DNA of 32,000 nt, taken from Copranaerobaculum intestinale (GTDB lineage Bacteria; Bacillota_I; Bacilli_A; Erysipelotrichales; Erysipelotrichaceae). The translations under genes were made by a program, and so were the position numbers. Positions 7,684 to 16,411 of this stretch are shown one piece after another. The notes below the pieces were generated by a model. It was not told the DNA's origin and searched no databases. It saw nothing but the letters and a program-made list of their open reading frames with translations. The DNA lies in NCBI RefSeq assembly GCF_009831105.1, contig NZ_WUUQ01000001.1, forward strand, positions 780,001 to 812,000, in the 5' to 3' direction. The stretch's first letter is position 1; each line of letters begins with the position of its first letter.

Positions 7684-8634
7684 ATGTTGAAGAAAAAGAA
7701 ATTCTGGCTGATTATAGCTGCGGTTGTGGTACTGCTGTTTGTTGGCGGATTGGGTTTTGCGGGTAATTATTTGGTGGATTATGCCTTGGCTGTAGATGAT
7801 CAGGGACGAATCGGTTCAATGGGTGATGGTGTCTATACCGGAAAGCAGGATACACAGGCACAGCAGGAATATGATGCATGGGTAAAAACTGCGGAAACAA
7901 AGGAGCTGCATATTCAGAGCGATGATGGGCTGAAGCTGTGGGCGAAGTACTATCACGGAGCCAAGGATTCACATCGTTATGTACTGGCGGTTCATGGATA
8001 TACCGTGGATAATCGGGATATCGCCCCGGCAATCGTTCCCTTTGTAAAGGCAGGATATCATGTCATTACTCCAGATCAGCGGGGACGCGGTCAAAGTGAA
8101 GGAACCTATCTTGGTATGGGATGGCTGGAAAAGGACGATGTTGTGAACTGGGTTGAAAAGATCGTTCATATGGATAAACAGGCTGAAATTGTATTGTATG
8201 GAGAATCTATGGGAGCCGCCACGGTAATGATGGCAAGCGGAGAGAAGCTGCCTGCCAATGTAAAAGCAGTGGTCGAGGACTGTGGATATACATCTGCATC
8301 AGCGATGTTTAAAAATCAGCTGAAAGAACGGTTTGGGCTGCCGGATATTCCATTCCTTCCGGCTGCAGCGGTGGTATCGCAGCTTCGTGCAGGCTATAAT
8401 TTCTATGATGCCAGTGCGATTGATCAAATTGCGAAAAGCAACCTTCCGATTCTGTTTATTCATGGCGGTGCTGACGACTATGTACCGACCTCTATGGGAA
8501 GAGAACTGTATAAGAGCTACCATGGAGAAAAGGAACTGCTGATTGTAGCGAAAGCCGGTCACGGTCAAAGCGCTGATGTTGATCCTGAAACGTATTATCA
8601 TACTGTATTTCAATTTTTAGCGAAATATTTATAA
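7684..8634 (+). CDS. membrane-anchored alpha/beta hydrolase
   Basis: GAGAGAGG RBS before ATG 7684. N-terminal anchor KKKKFWLIIAAVVVLLFVGG. Nucleophile elbow GESMG. Late HGGADDYV and GHG motifs. Confidence 0.85.
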   Translation: MLKKKKFWLIIAAVVVLLFVGGLGFAGNYLVDYALAVDDQGRIGSMGDGVYTGKQDTQAQQEYDAWVKTAETKELHIQSDDGLKLWAKYYHGAKDSHRYVLAVHGYTVDNRDIAPAIVPFVKAGYHVITPDQRGRGQSEGTYLGMGWLEKDDVVNWVEKIVHMDKQAEIVLYGESMGAATVMMASGEKLPANVKAVVEDCGYTSASAMFKNQLKERFGLPDIPFLPAAAVVSQLRAGYNFYDASAIDQIAKSNLPILFIHGGADDYVPTSMGRELYKSYHGEKELLIVAKAGHGQSADVDPETYYHTVFQFLAKYL

Positions 8635-8654
8635 ACATTAAGATGATACAAGCG

Positions 8655-8681
8655 AGAGCACAGAAATGTGCTTTTTCTTTT
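8655..8681 (+). terminator. intrinsic terminator after the hydrolase gene
   Basis: AGCACA-GAAA-UGUGCU followed by UUUUUCUUUU. It lies inside the 5' extension of ORF 8643, which argues against that start. Confidence 0.7.
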
Positions 8682-8798
8682 GCTTATAAAAAGATTGCAG
8701 AAAAAGAGTTGCTTTTTCATACATTCTCCTATACAATAAAAATATACTTACATCAAGAGTTGACGAAAGGCTGTGATCATGTGTATCAATCAAAGGGC

Positions 8799-9755
8799 AT
8801 GAAGCATGTCAGTATTCAGAAAGTAAAAGATTTTCTGATTCTGAATAAGATTGCGACCAAGAGCGAAATCGTGTCAGCGACCAAGCTATCCGCAGCGACC
8901 ATTACCAATATCTTAAAAGAATTAATGGACAGCCGCTACATAGAGCGGGTGGAGGATTGTGAATCTACGGGAGGAAGAAAGGCCAAGCGCTACCGTATAC
9001 GCGGCTGCTATATGTATTTTGGTCTGATCCATATGCAAATGTTCAATCATCACACGAGGATCGGATTTCGGATAATCGATCTCGACTACAAGATCGTTGG
9101 GAATGAAGAACGAAGCTTTGATTCTTTTGTCTTTTCGGATATGCTGGATTTTATTCGGGATATGCGGGACTGCTTTCCCTTCGAATATGTGGCAGTTTCA
9201 GTTCCCGGTGTTGTCGATCACGGACAGATCAGCGAGTGTGACATTGATTCGCTAAATGGGATGAATATCGAAACGGCTATTCAAAGTGTTATCCCGATCC
9301 ATGTAACAGCAGAGAATGATATGAATACAGCTGTTCTCGGATATGCGCATTTTCATACGATCAATGAAAAAAATCTAGCTTTTATTTATATGCCGGACAA
9401 TCACCAGACCGGCTGTGGTCTCTACCTAAATGATGCGATCGTTTATGGATCAACGCATTTTGCCGGAGAGCTGGGATTTCTTCCCATCGGTACTGCCGCA
9501 CAGCAGGAACAGCTTCGCGATCATGATCCGATGAAGCTATTGGTACAGCAGGCAGTCAGTATCATCGCAATTGTCAATCCTGATTGTATCGTGCTGTATA
9601 CACCGCGCTTGAAGGAGGATGGTTTTCAAGAGGCTGTCGAAGCATATATTCCGAAGCAGCATCTGCCGGAATTTATCTTTGTTGATAATATGGATGAATT
9701 CATTTTCAAAGGACTTATCACCCTGAGCATAGAGAGCTCACGATTTAAAATATAG
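8799..9755 (+). CDS. ROK family transcriptional regulator
   Basis: N-terminal winged HTH (KSEIVSATKLSAATITNILKELMDSRYIE...GGRKAKRY) followed by a ROK sugar-kinase-like fold (HFAGELGFLPIG). Alternative GTG start at 8781. Confidence 0.75.
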   Translation: MKHVSIQKVKDFLILNKIATKSEIVSATKLSAATITNILKELMDSRYIERVEDCESTGGRKAKRYRIRGCYMYFGLIHMQMFNHHTRIGFRIIDLDYKIVGNEERSFDSFVFSDMLDFIRDMRDCFPFEYVAVSVPGVVDHGQISECDIDSLNGMNIETAIQSVIPIHVTAENDMNTAVLGYAHFHTINEKNLAFIYMPDNHQTGCGLYLNDAIVYGSTHFAGELGFLPIGTAAQQEQLRDHDPMKLLVQQAVSIIAIVNPDCIVLYTPRLKEDGFQEAVEAYIPKQHLPEFIFVDNMDEFIFKGLITLSIESSRFKI

Positions 9756-9777
9756 TTGCGAAAAGGGAGGCTTTTAT

Positions 9778-10668
9778 ATGAAAAACTATATCGATCTGCA
9801 CATGCATTCCGGTTATTCTGATGATGGAGAATATACCGCCGAGGAGCTGGTCATCAAATGTCATCAAAGCGGTATTCGGATCATGGCAATTACCGATCAT
9901 AATACTGTTTCGGTTATTGATGAAGAGCTTGCGCTATGCCGTGAAATGGGAATCATCGCTATTCCCGGCGTAGAAATCGACTGCACATGGAAGGGCATTG
10001 ATTTGCATGTGGTTGGATATGGCATAGATCATCATCAGCGAGACTTTCAGAAAATTGAAGAGGATATCACCGCGCAGGAAATCATAAATTCACGGAAACG
10101 TGTTTGGCTGACAAATCAAATGGGTTTTCAGCTCAGTGAACAGGATATGGAAGAATCCAGTTTGAGTGATGTATGGCCGGGTGAGCTTTTCGCAGAGGTG
10201 CTGTTAGGTCGGCCGGAATATGCCGATCATGAACTTTTGAAGCCTTATCGCCCTGGCGGAAGCCGCAGTGATAATCCTTTGGTAAATTTTTATTGGGACT
10301 TCTATTCGCAGGGGAAGCCGTGTTATACGGAAACCCGTTTTCCGGATCTGGAAACAGTGATTGATTTGGTTCATGCGCACGGCGGAGTACTGGTATTGGC
10401 GCATCCTGGTGTAAATTTGAAAGAACATTTTGAGAAATTCGATGAATTGGCTGCGTTGGGCATTGATGGGGTAGAAGCATTCAGCAGCTATCACGATACT
10501 GTGACCTGCGAGTATTTCTATGAGAAGGCAAAGCAGTATGATCTGTTGGTTACCTGTGGCAGTGACTATCATGGTAAAACAAAGCCAGCCATTTCATTGG
10601 GCGGTTCCGGCTGTTCAGTTAATCAGCAGCAGATTGAAGCCCAGCTTCGCCAGTATGGGCTGATCTAG
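9778..10668 (+). CDS. PHP domain phosphoesterase
   Basis: IDLHMHSGYSDDG, AITDHNT, AHPG and GSDYHG metal-ligand motifs. AAGGGAGG RBS. Confidence 0.85.
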   Translation: MKNYIDLHMHSGYSDDGEYTAEELVIKCHQSGIRIMAITDHNTVSVIDEELALCREMGIIAIPGVEIDCTWKGIDLHVVGYGIDHHQRDFQKIEEDITAQEIINSRKRVWLTNQMGFQLSEQDMEESSLSDVWPGELFAEVLLGRPEYADHELLKPYRPGGSRSDNPLVNFYWDFYSQGKPCYTETRFPDLETVIDLVHAHGGVLVLAHPGVNLKEHFEKFDELAALGIDGVEAFSSYHDTVTCEYFYEKAKQYDLLVTCGSDYHGKTKPAISLGGSGCSVNQQQIEAQLRQYGLI

Positions 10669-10751
10669 GGAAAAGATGGTGTTACTTTCCTTTGAACTTT
10701 GTTATAATTTATAAAGAAGCATAGCTAACAATGCGTACAAAGGAGAGTTTT

Positions 10752-11726
10752 ATGAGCCAGTCATTTACCTATAAAGATGTAGAAGCTGCTTATCAGCGTA
10801 TCAAACCGTATATTTACGAAACGCCGCTTGAACATTCCATGTATTTAAGTGATGAAAAAACGAGCTATTACTTTAAGTTGGAATGTCTGCAAAGCGCAAA
10901 AAGCTTCAAAATTAGAGGCTGTCTGAACAAGATGCTCTCTTTGAATGCAGAAGAAAAAGCACGGGGAGTTTCAACGGTATCCAGCGGCAATCATGGAATT
11001 TGTGTTGCTTATGGGGCGAAGCTGCTGGGCATTGAAAAAGCGGTCATCATCGTTCCGAAAACGACACCGCAAAGTAAAATTGATAAGATCAAATATTTTG
11101 GCGGCAGGGTTTTGTTGATGGGAGAAAACTATGACGGGGCACATATAGAAGGAATGAAGTATATCCGTACTCACGATATGACCTTTATTGACTCCTATTA
11201 TGAAGATGCGATGGTATATGCCGGACAGGGAACGATGGCAATTGAAATATTGAAACAGAATCCGGAAATTGATACCATTTTGACGCCGATCGGCGGGGGC
11301 GGTATGCTGACCGGGGTTGCGGTAGCGGCGAAGGCATTGAAGCCTTCGATTCGTGTGATCGGTGTCCATACCGCAGCGTGTCCGGCACTGATTAAATCGT
11401 ATCAGGAAAACGTGTTTTATGAAGAATGTGAGAGTGAGCCGTCGATCTGTGACGCATTGATCGGAGGAATCGGTAGGCTGTGCTATGAAATGGCTAAGGA
11501 TTATGTCGATGATTTAATTCAGGTACAGGAAGCTACGATTGAAAAAGCAGTGGTGCATATGCTGACGAAAGAAAAGTTTGTGGTGGAACCGGCGGCGGCA
11601 GTTTGTACCGCGGCGATCATGGAACAGCGGGAACGGATCGGCGGAAAGCAAGTGGCACTAGTCATGTCCGGCGGAAATATTGACGCGATGCTGATGAAGC
11701 GTCTGTTAAATGAAAGTGAACAGTAG
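10752..11726 (+). CDS. PLP-dependent threonine/serine dehydratase
   Basis: AAGGAGAG RBS before ATG 10752. PLP-lysine motif SFKIRG, plus SSGNHG and the glycine loop PIGGGGMLTG. Confidence 0.85.
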   Translation: MSQSFTYKDVEAAYQRIKPYIYETPLEHSMYLSDEKTSYYFKLECLQSAKSFKIRGCLNKMLSLNAEEKARGVSTVSSGNHGICVAYGAKLLGIEKAVIIVPKTTPQSKIDKIKYFGGRVLLMGENYDGAHIEGMKYIRTHDMTFIDSYYEDAMVYAGQGTMAIEILKQNPEIDTILTPIGGGGMLTGVAVAAKALKPSIRVIGVHTAACPALIKSYQENVFYEECESEPSICDALIGGIGRLCYEMAKDYVDDLIQVQEATIEKAVVHMLTKEKFVVEPAAAVCTAAIMEQRERIGGKQVALVMSGGNIDAMLMKRLLNESEQ

Positions 11727-11741
11727 AAAGAAGTGAATTCT

Positions 11742-12245
11742 ATGAGTTATGAAATTGTCTATAAAAGCGCGACGGGTAATACATTGCTGCTGGCTGAAGA
11801 ATTAAGAAAGATCTGGGGATCAGCAGATTGTATATACTTTGGAGAACCAAAAGCTTCACAGAATCTTGCAAGTCGCATAGCCATTGGATTCTGGACAGAT
11901 AAAGGAACTTGTTCAAACGATTTACAGGAGTATTTGAAGCAGCTTCACCAAAAGCAGATATTCTTGTTCGGAACTGCCGGATTTGGCGGATCTTCTGATT
12001 ATTTTGACCGCATTTTAAAAAATGTGGAAGCATGGATTTCCAAAGACAATACGATTATCGGTACATTTATGTGTCAGGGAAGAATGCCTCAGGGGATTCG
12101 GGAGCGTTACCAAAAGGCTTTGGAGGATGATCCCCAAAATCAGAAAATGAGGGATATGATAGACAATTTTGATTTGGCTTCCACCCATCCGGATGAAACA
12201 GATTTGAATCATTTACGAGAGATTTTACAGACAATCGAACCCTAA
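11742..12245 (+). CDS. flavodoxin family protein
   Basis: IVYKSATGNTLLLAE phosphate-binding loop and FLFGTAGFG. GTG 11733 is an alternative start. Confidence 0.7.
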   Translation: MSYEIVYKSATGNTLLLAEELRKIWGSADCIYFGEPKASQNLASRIAIGFWTDKGTCSNDLQEYLKQLHQKQIFLFGTAGFGGSSDYFDRILKNVEAWISKDNTIIGTFMCQGRMPQGIRERYQKALEDDPQNQKMRDMIDNFDLASTHPDETDLNHLREILQTIEP

Positions 12246-12268
12246 AGCAGCGAAGGCTGCTTTTTATT
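12245..12268 (+). terminator. intrinsic terminator
   Basis: AAGCAGC-GAAG-GCUGCUU followed by UUUUAUUU. Confidence 0.75.
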
Positions 12269-12384
12269 TATATCGTATTGGCATTATGAACGCAAAATCC
12301 ATAATAGATTTTTATTTATAAGTATAGTAAAATATGAAGGAAGTGTTATAAGAATGTTTTATTATAAATGAAAGAGGGATATGT

Positions 12385-13470
12385 ATGAGATTTAAGGAGT
12401 TAAACAAGAAGCAGAAACGTAAATTTCTAGTTTCACTCTGGCTGATTATCGTGATTGCGGTCATGTATATCGGATATGCCATAACTACGCTGTACCGGGA
12501 TCGCTGTGCGGAAAATGATTACTGGACCGAGTATTTGGAAACACCGAAAAGCATTGAAAAGGTTGTATTGGAAAAAGGCCGAAACGCTACGAAAGTGCAT
12601 GTCGGTACATATATTGAAAATTTGAAGGAAATTAACATCAAAGGCTCCAATTTCCGCGCTTCCTACAATATATGGTTCAAGTGGGAGGGAGATCCAGAGC
12701 TGGACATGAAAAATCATTTTCAGATTTATAAGGGTACTGTGAATAAAATGGAAGTAATTAAGGAATATCATGACGATCAAATTCATTACCAAAAGGTAAG
12801 GGTAGATGTAACGGTTACGAAAAATTTCTGGACCAAACGGTTTCCTTTGGAATCTCATCAGCTGCGAATGTATGTCATGTCCAATTATCCGGTTGAGCGA
12901 GTTTCGTTCATCGGCGATATTGCCGAGAGCGGCAGTAATCCTAACCTCAGCATCACTGGTTATGACCTGACCAGATTCGGTTCCAGCGTTACCGGTGTAA
13001 CCTTGAAAGGCACTGGTGATCCGACCATTGACGGCGATATTACGATGTCCGAATACATGACGGCGATTGAAATTAACCGTGCTAATTGGGGACTTTATGT
13101 GAAATGCTTTATTGCTTTGGTGGGCACGGTTACTTGGGTCATGATCGCTCTGTTTATCTGCAGCTATCATCATGTCGATCCGCTTGGCATGATTCCCGCA
13201 GCACTGTTTGGTACGGTTACCAATATTATGGTTGGAGCGAATCTGCTTCCGGATGCCATGGATCTGGGTCTTTTAGAATATGTGAACTTCTTTGGTATTA
13301 TGATTATTTTATCGGTAGCACTTGTGGTTATCAATACCAACCGCATCCGCACGAAGGATAATGATACACCGTTTGCCAGCTATTACGGCCGTCGCCTGTT
13401 CTATGTAATCTTATTCTTTATTATTCTAGGTAACGTGCTGATGCCGCTTGCTGCTTATATGTTTCAATAG
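12385..13470 (+). CDS. pentameric ligand-gated ion channel (Cys-loop/Pro-loop receptor) homolog
   Basis: The extracellular beta-sandwich pattern VHVGTYIENLKEINIKGSNFRASYNIWFKWEGDPEL is like GLIC/ELIC. The Pro-loop equivalent is RFPLESHQLRMYVMS (12841-12864). Four TM helices include an M2-M3 region, NIMVGANLLPDAMDLGLLEY, resembling GLIC NILVETNLPKTPYMTY. AAAGAGGGA RBS. Confidence 0.75.
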   Translation: MRFKELNKKQKRKFLVSLWLIIVIAVMYIGYAITTLYRDRCAENDYWTEYLETPKSIEKVVLEKGRNATKVHVGTYIENLKEINIKGSNFRASYNIWFKWEGDPELDMKNHFQIYKGTVNKMEVIKEYHDDQIHYQKVRVDVTVTKNFWTKRFPLESHQLRMYVMSNYPVERVSFIGDIAESGSNPNLSITGYDLTRFGSSVTGVTLKGTGDPTIDGDITMSEYMTAIEINRANWGLYVKCFIALVGTVTWVMIALFICSYHHVDPLGMIPAALFGTVTNIMVGANLLPDAMDLGLLEYVNFFGIMIILSVALVVINTNRIRTKDNDTPFASYYGRRLFYVILFFIILGNVLMPLAAYMFQ

Positions 13471-13475
13471 GTAAC

Positions 13476-14225
13476 ATGATGAGAAAACATATTTATGTCC
13501 TGATTGAAAAGGCTCAGGAGCACGATAAACTCAGTAAAATATATGATTGGTACATCATGGGTATCGCATTTGTCAGTATCGTACCGCTGATGTTTCGTGA
13601 GATGAATCCTTATTTGAGTACCCTGGAAACAGTAACTGTCTATTTATTATTTTTGGATTATGTTTTGCGGTGGATGACGCATGATTATCGAGTGAAGAAG
13701 CATTCTCCATGGGCATTTATCCTGTATCCTTTTACCCCCTATGCAATCATGGATATTTTATCCATTCTGCCATCCATCGGTCTGCTTCCTAAGAGCTTCA
13801 TGATCCTGCGTTTGCTGCGGTTAACCAAGATCATTCATTATTCACGAAGCTTTCAGCAGGTTGTCAATGTCTTTAAAAATGAACGTAAGACCTTGTTGTC
13901 GGTATTGCTGATCGCGGTATTCTATATCCTGGTTTCAGCTTTGATCATGTTCGTTTATGAGCCGAAGTCTACCTTCGATAATTTCTTTGATGCATTATAC
14001 TGGGCGACAACGGCATTGACGACGGTTGGTTATGGTGATGTATATCCGCATACGGATGTCGGAAAGTTCATCAGTATGATTTCTTCGCTGTTCGGGGTAG
14101 CTGTGATTGCGATGCCAGCCGGTATTGTGACCGGCGGCTTCTTGGATGAAGTACATCGTGATATTGCCCGTCGGGAGGAGCAGCATCTGAAAGAACGTCA
14201 GGAGCGTGAATCTCATGAGAAATAG
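13476..14225 (+). CDS. 6TM voltage-sensor-containing potassium channel (Kv/KvAP-like)
   Basis: Selectivity filter TVGYGD (14022-14039). S4 ILRLLRLTKIIHYSR has a basic residue every third position. Acidic residues in S2 and S3. Starts 5 nt after the upstream stop. Confidence 0.85.
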   Translation: MMRKHIYVLIEKAQEHDKLSKIYDWYIMGIAFVSIVPLMFREMNPYLSTLETVTVYLLFLDYVLRWMTHDYRVKKHSPWAFILYPFTPYAIMDILSILPSIGLLPKSFMILRLLRLTKIIHYSRSFQQVVNVFKNERKTLLSVLLIAVFYILVSALIMFVYEPKSTFDNFFDALYWATTALTTVGYGDVYPHTDVGKFISMISSLFGVAVIAMPAGIVTGGFLDEVHRDIARREEQHLKERQERESHEK

Positions 14226-14832
14226 CATGGTTAAGCGATATGCGATCGTGATGCTGATCGGAGTTGCTTTGAATCTAGGCCTGTACCAGATAGCGCACAT
14301 CTTTCATCTGCCGGCGTGGATTGATAATATCGGAACCGCATATGCAGCTTTGATACTTGAGCCTTCTGCCGGACTGCTGGTCGCTTTCGCGACCAATTTC
14401 TATCAGGCTGCATTTGTTTATAACAGCAGCTCGATCGTCTATTATGCAGTCAGTGCCAGTGCGGCGCTCAGCATCGGTATTCTAATGCGAAAGCAGGGAA
14501 AAGTCGCATGGACAAGACTGTTTTTGTCATTGCTTTGCTATTTGGCAGTGAGCTCATTGCTTTCGACCATACTGACGCTGTGGCGTACGGCTGGCGTACC
14601 GGACAGTGCATGGGAGCATCACTTCTATGATTTGGCGCTGACCGCCGGTCTGCCAAATTGGCTTTCCTGTTTATTTGGAATTGCGGTATTAAAATTCAGT
14701 GATAGTGTGGTGATGGGAGTTTTATTACCAATTCTTTTCCGCTTAACTCCTAAATTACTGAAAAATGAGCAAATCGAACAAATTGTGTCTTGGAAAAATC
14801 CATATTTCCATAAGCGAGAGGAGCTGCCATAA
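14215..14832 (+). CDS. polytopic membrane protein of unknown function (about 5-6 TM)
   Basis: AGGAG at 14199-14203. ATG 14215 overlaps the K+ channel stop (14225). Hydrophobic throughout, with no motif I recognise. Confidence 0.6.
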   Translation: MRNSMVKRYAIVMLIGVALNLGLYQIAHIFHLPAWIDNIGTAYAALILEPSAGLLVAFATNFYQAAFVYNSSSIVYYAVSASAALSIGILMRKQGKVAWTRLFLSLLCYLAVSSLLSTILTLWRTAGVPDSAWEHHFYDLALTAGLPNWLSCLFGIAVLKFSDSVVMGVLLPILFRLTPKLLKNEQIEQIVSWKNPYFHKREELP

Positions 14833-14846
14833 GGGCAGCTTTTTAA
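14822..14846 (+). terminator. intrinsic terminator ending the channel operon
   Basis: AGCUGCC-AUAAG-GGCAGCU followed by UUUU, overlapping the stop codon. Confidence 0.7.
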
Positions 14847-14877
14847 TATCATCTTAACACGCGCCGATTCGCTTCAA

Positions 14878-14886
14878 TGCTATAAT
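14878..14886 (+). promoter_or_regulatory. extended -10 promoter element TGcTATAAT
   Basis: TG at 14878-14879 and TATAAT at 14881-14886. No good -35. Confidence 0.4.
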
Positions 14887-14908
14887 GGGGGATAAAGAGG
14901 GGATGAAC

Positions 14909-16411
14909 ATGAAAAAATCAGTAATTTCAGGACTATTCGCCGTGATATTAATAGCAGGGGCATCACTGCTGGGATATATATTTAAGGCAGCTGGCTTTCA
15001 GGATGCTAACATTGTGGTATTATACATCCTGGCGGTGCTTTTGACAGCGCGTTTTACTGACGGCTATTGGATCGGGCTGATCGCTTCCCTCGCCGCAGCC
15101 TTTGCCTTTAATTACTTTTTCACCAGTCCGTATTATACATTTGCGGTTGATAATCCCAATTATATAATTACTCTGATATTTATGACCATCACTTCACTGA
15201 TCACCAGCGCGATCACTTCACTGGCGAAGCGAAATGAAGAGCAGGCACGGTTACAGGAGGCACAGGCTCGCTCTCTATACAGTCTTAATAATCAGGTCAG
15301 CCAAGCGCATGATATGCATGAAATTGCGGCTTCGGCTGTTTCCGTTATCAGTCAGATTTTAGGCTGCAGCACTGCTTGTTTACTGATACATGAAGATGAT
15401 TGCTGGGAGGAGGAATATGTACAGCAGTTGGACGGTGATCATCTGGTATATCGCAGTTTGACGGCGCGGGAGCGGCAAATGCTGAACCGCTGCAAAGATC
15501 AGTTGGCACATACCTTTGTGCGGGGGGAAGAATTTTATGAATGGCCGATCCAAGGACAGGATACGTTGCTTGGAATTTTGCGGATACCCTACATTCGCGC
15601 TAAGCATTTTAATGAGGAAGAAGCAAGTCTTATTCACTCCATGAGCGAGAGTATAGCGTTAGCCATAGATCGTATTCAATCTACTCAAAAACGCTTGGAA
15701 ACACAGGAACAAGTAGAACAGGAGCGCTATCGAAGCAATCTGCTCAGGGCGATTTCTCACGATTTGAGAACGCCGCTGACCGGGATTATGGGAACGGCGG
15801 AAATGGTCATGGATATGAGTGATCAAAAGGATGAGCGCTTTGATTTGGCCCAGGGAATCTATAACAGCTCCCAGTGGCTACACACTTTAGTAGAAAATAT
15901 TTTGAGTCTTACTCGTATTCAAGAGGGAAAACTGGAAATGCACAAGGAGCTTGAGGCAGTTGAGGAAGTAGTGGCCGGTGCTGTAGAAGCACTTCGGCAG
16001 CGGACAGAAGCCTGTCCGATCCAAGTATTCATTCCCAGTGCCGTGGTGATGGTGCCTATGGATGCTAGATTGATTCGTCAGGTATTGATCAATCTTTTGG
16101 ATAATGCCTTAAAATACGCACCCCAAGGAAGCATAGAATTACATGCTGAAGTAAAAAAACCGAATATTTGTTTTACTGTGGCAGATCATGGTGACGGCAT
16201 CCGTGATGCGGATCGATCACGCTTATTTGATATGTTTTATACAAAGGAATATCAGCATCCGGATGCGGTTAAGGGGGTCGGGCTAGGTTTAACAATATGT
16301 AAATCAATCGTTGAGGCACATGGCGGGAGTATCTGGGCAGAAAATAAAAAAGAAGGAAAGGGTGCGATTTTTGGCTTTACTCTTCCGATGGAGGTTTCTG
16401 ATGGAATATGA
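14909..16411 (+). CDS. KdpD-like sensor histidine kinase lacking the N-terminal KdpD/Usp module (DUF4118-GAF-HisKA-HATPase)
   Basis: It starts directly in the KdpD-type 4-TM region (NIVVLYILAVLLTARF...FAFNYFFTSPYYTFAVDNPNY). H-box LLRAISHDLRTPLTGI, N-box LINLLDNALKYA, G-boxes DHGDGI and GVGLGLTICKSIV. AAAGAGGGG RBS. ATG 14903 or 14885 are alternative starts. Confidence 0.88.
   Translation: MKKSVISGLFAVILIAGASLLGYIFKAAGFQDANIVVLYILAVLLTARFTDGYWIGLIASLAAAFAFNYFFTSPYYTFAVDNPNYIITLIFMTITSLITSAITSLAKRNEEQARLQEAQARSLYSLNNQVSQAHDMHEIAASAVSVISQILGCSTACLLIHEDDCWEEEYVQQLDGDHLVYRSLTARERQMLNRCKDQLAHTFVRGEEFYEWPIQGQDTLLGILRIPYIRAKHFNEEEASLIHSMSESIALAIDRIQSTQKRLETQEQVEQERYRSNLLRAISHDLRTPLTGIMGTAEMVMDMSDQKDERFDLAQGIYNSSQWLHTLVENILSLTRIQEGKLEMHKELEAVEEVVAGAVEALRQRTEACPIQVFIPSAVVMVPMDARLIRQVLINLLDNALKYAPQGSIELHAEVKKPNICFTVADHGDGIRDADRSRLFDMFYTKEYQHPDAVKGVGLGLTICKSIVEAHGGSIWAENKKEGKGAIFGFTLPMEVSDGI

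Noticed and set aside
8643-8798. Upstream extension of the ROK regulator ORF (start 8643)
   Set aside because: The extension contains the terminator of the preceding gene (8655-8681) and promoter-like sequence. The HTH domain begins after ATG 8799.
12433-13173. 246-aa ORF antisense to the pLGIC gene
   Set aside because: It lies wholly inside a well-supported sense gene. It has no RBS, and its composition is what reverse-frame read-through of a coding region gives. I treat it as a shadow ORF.
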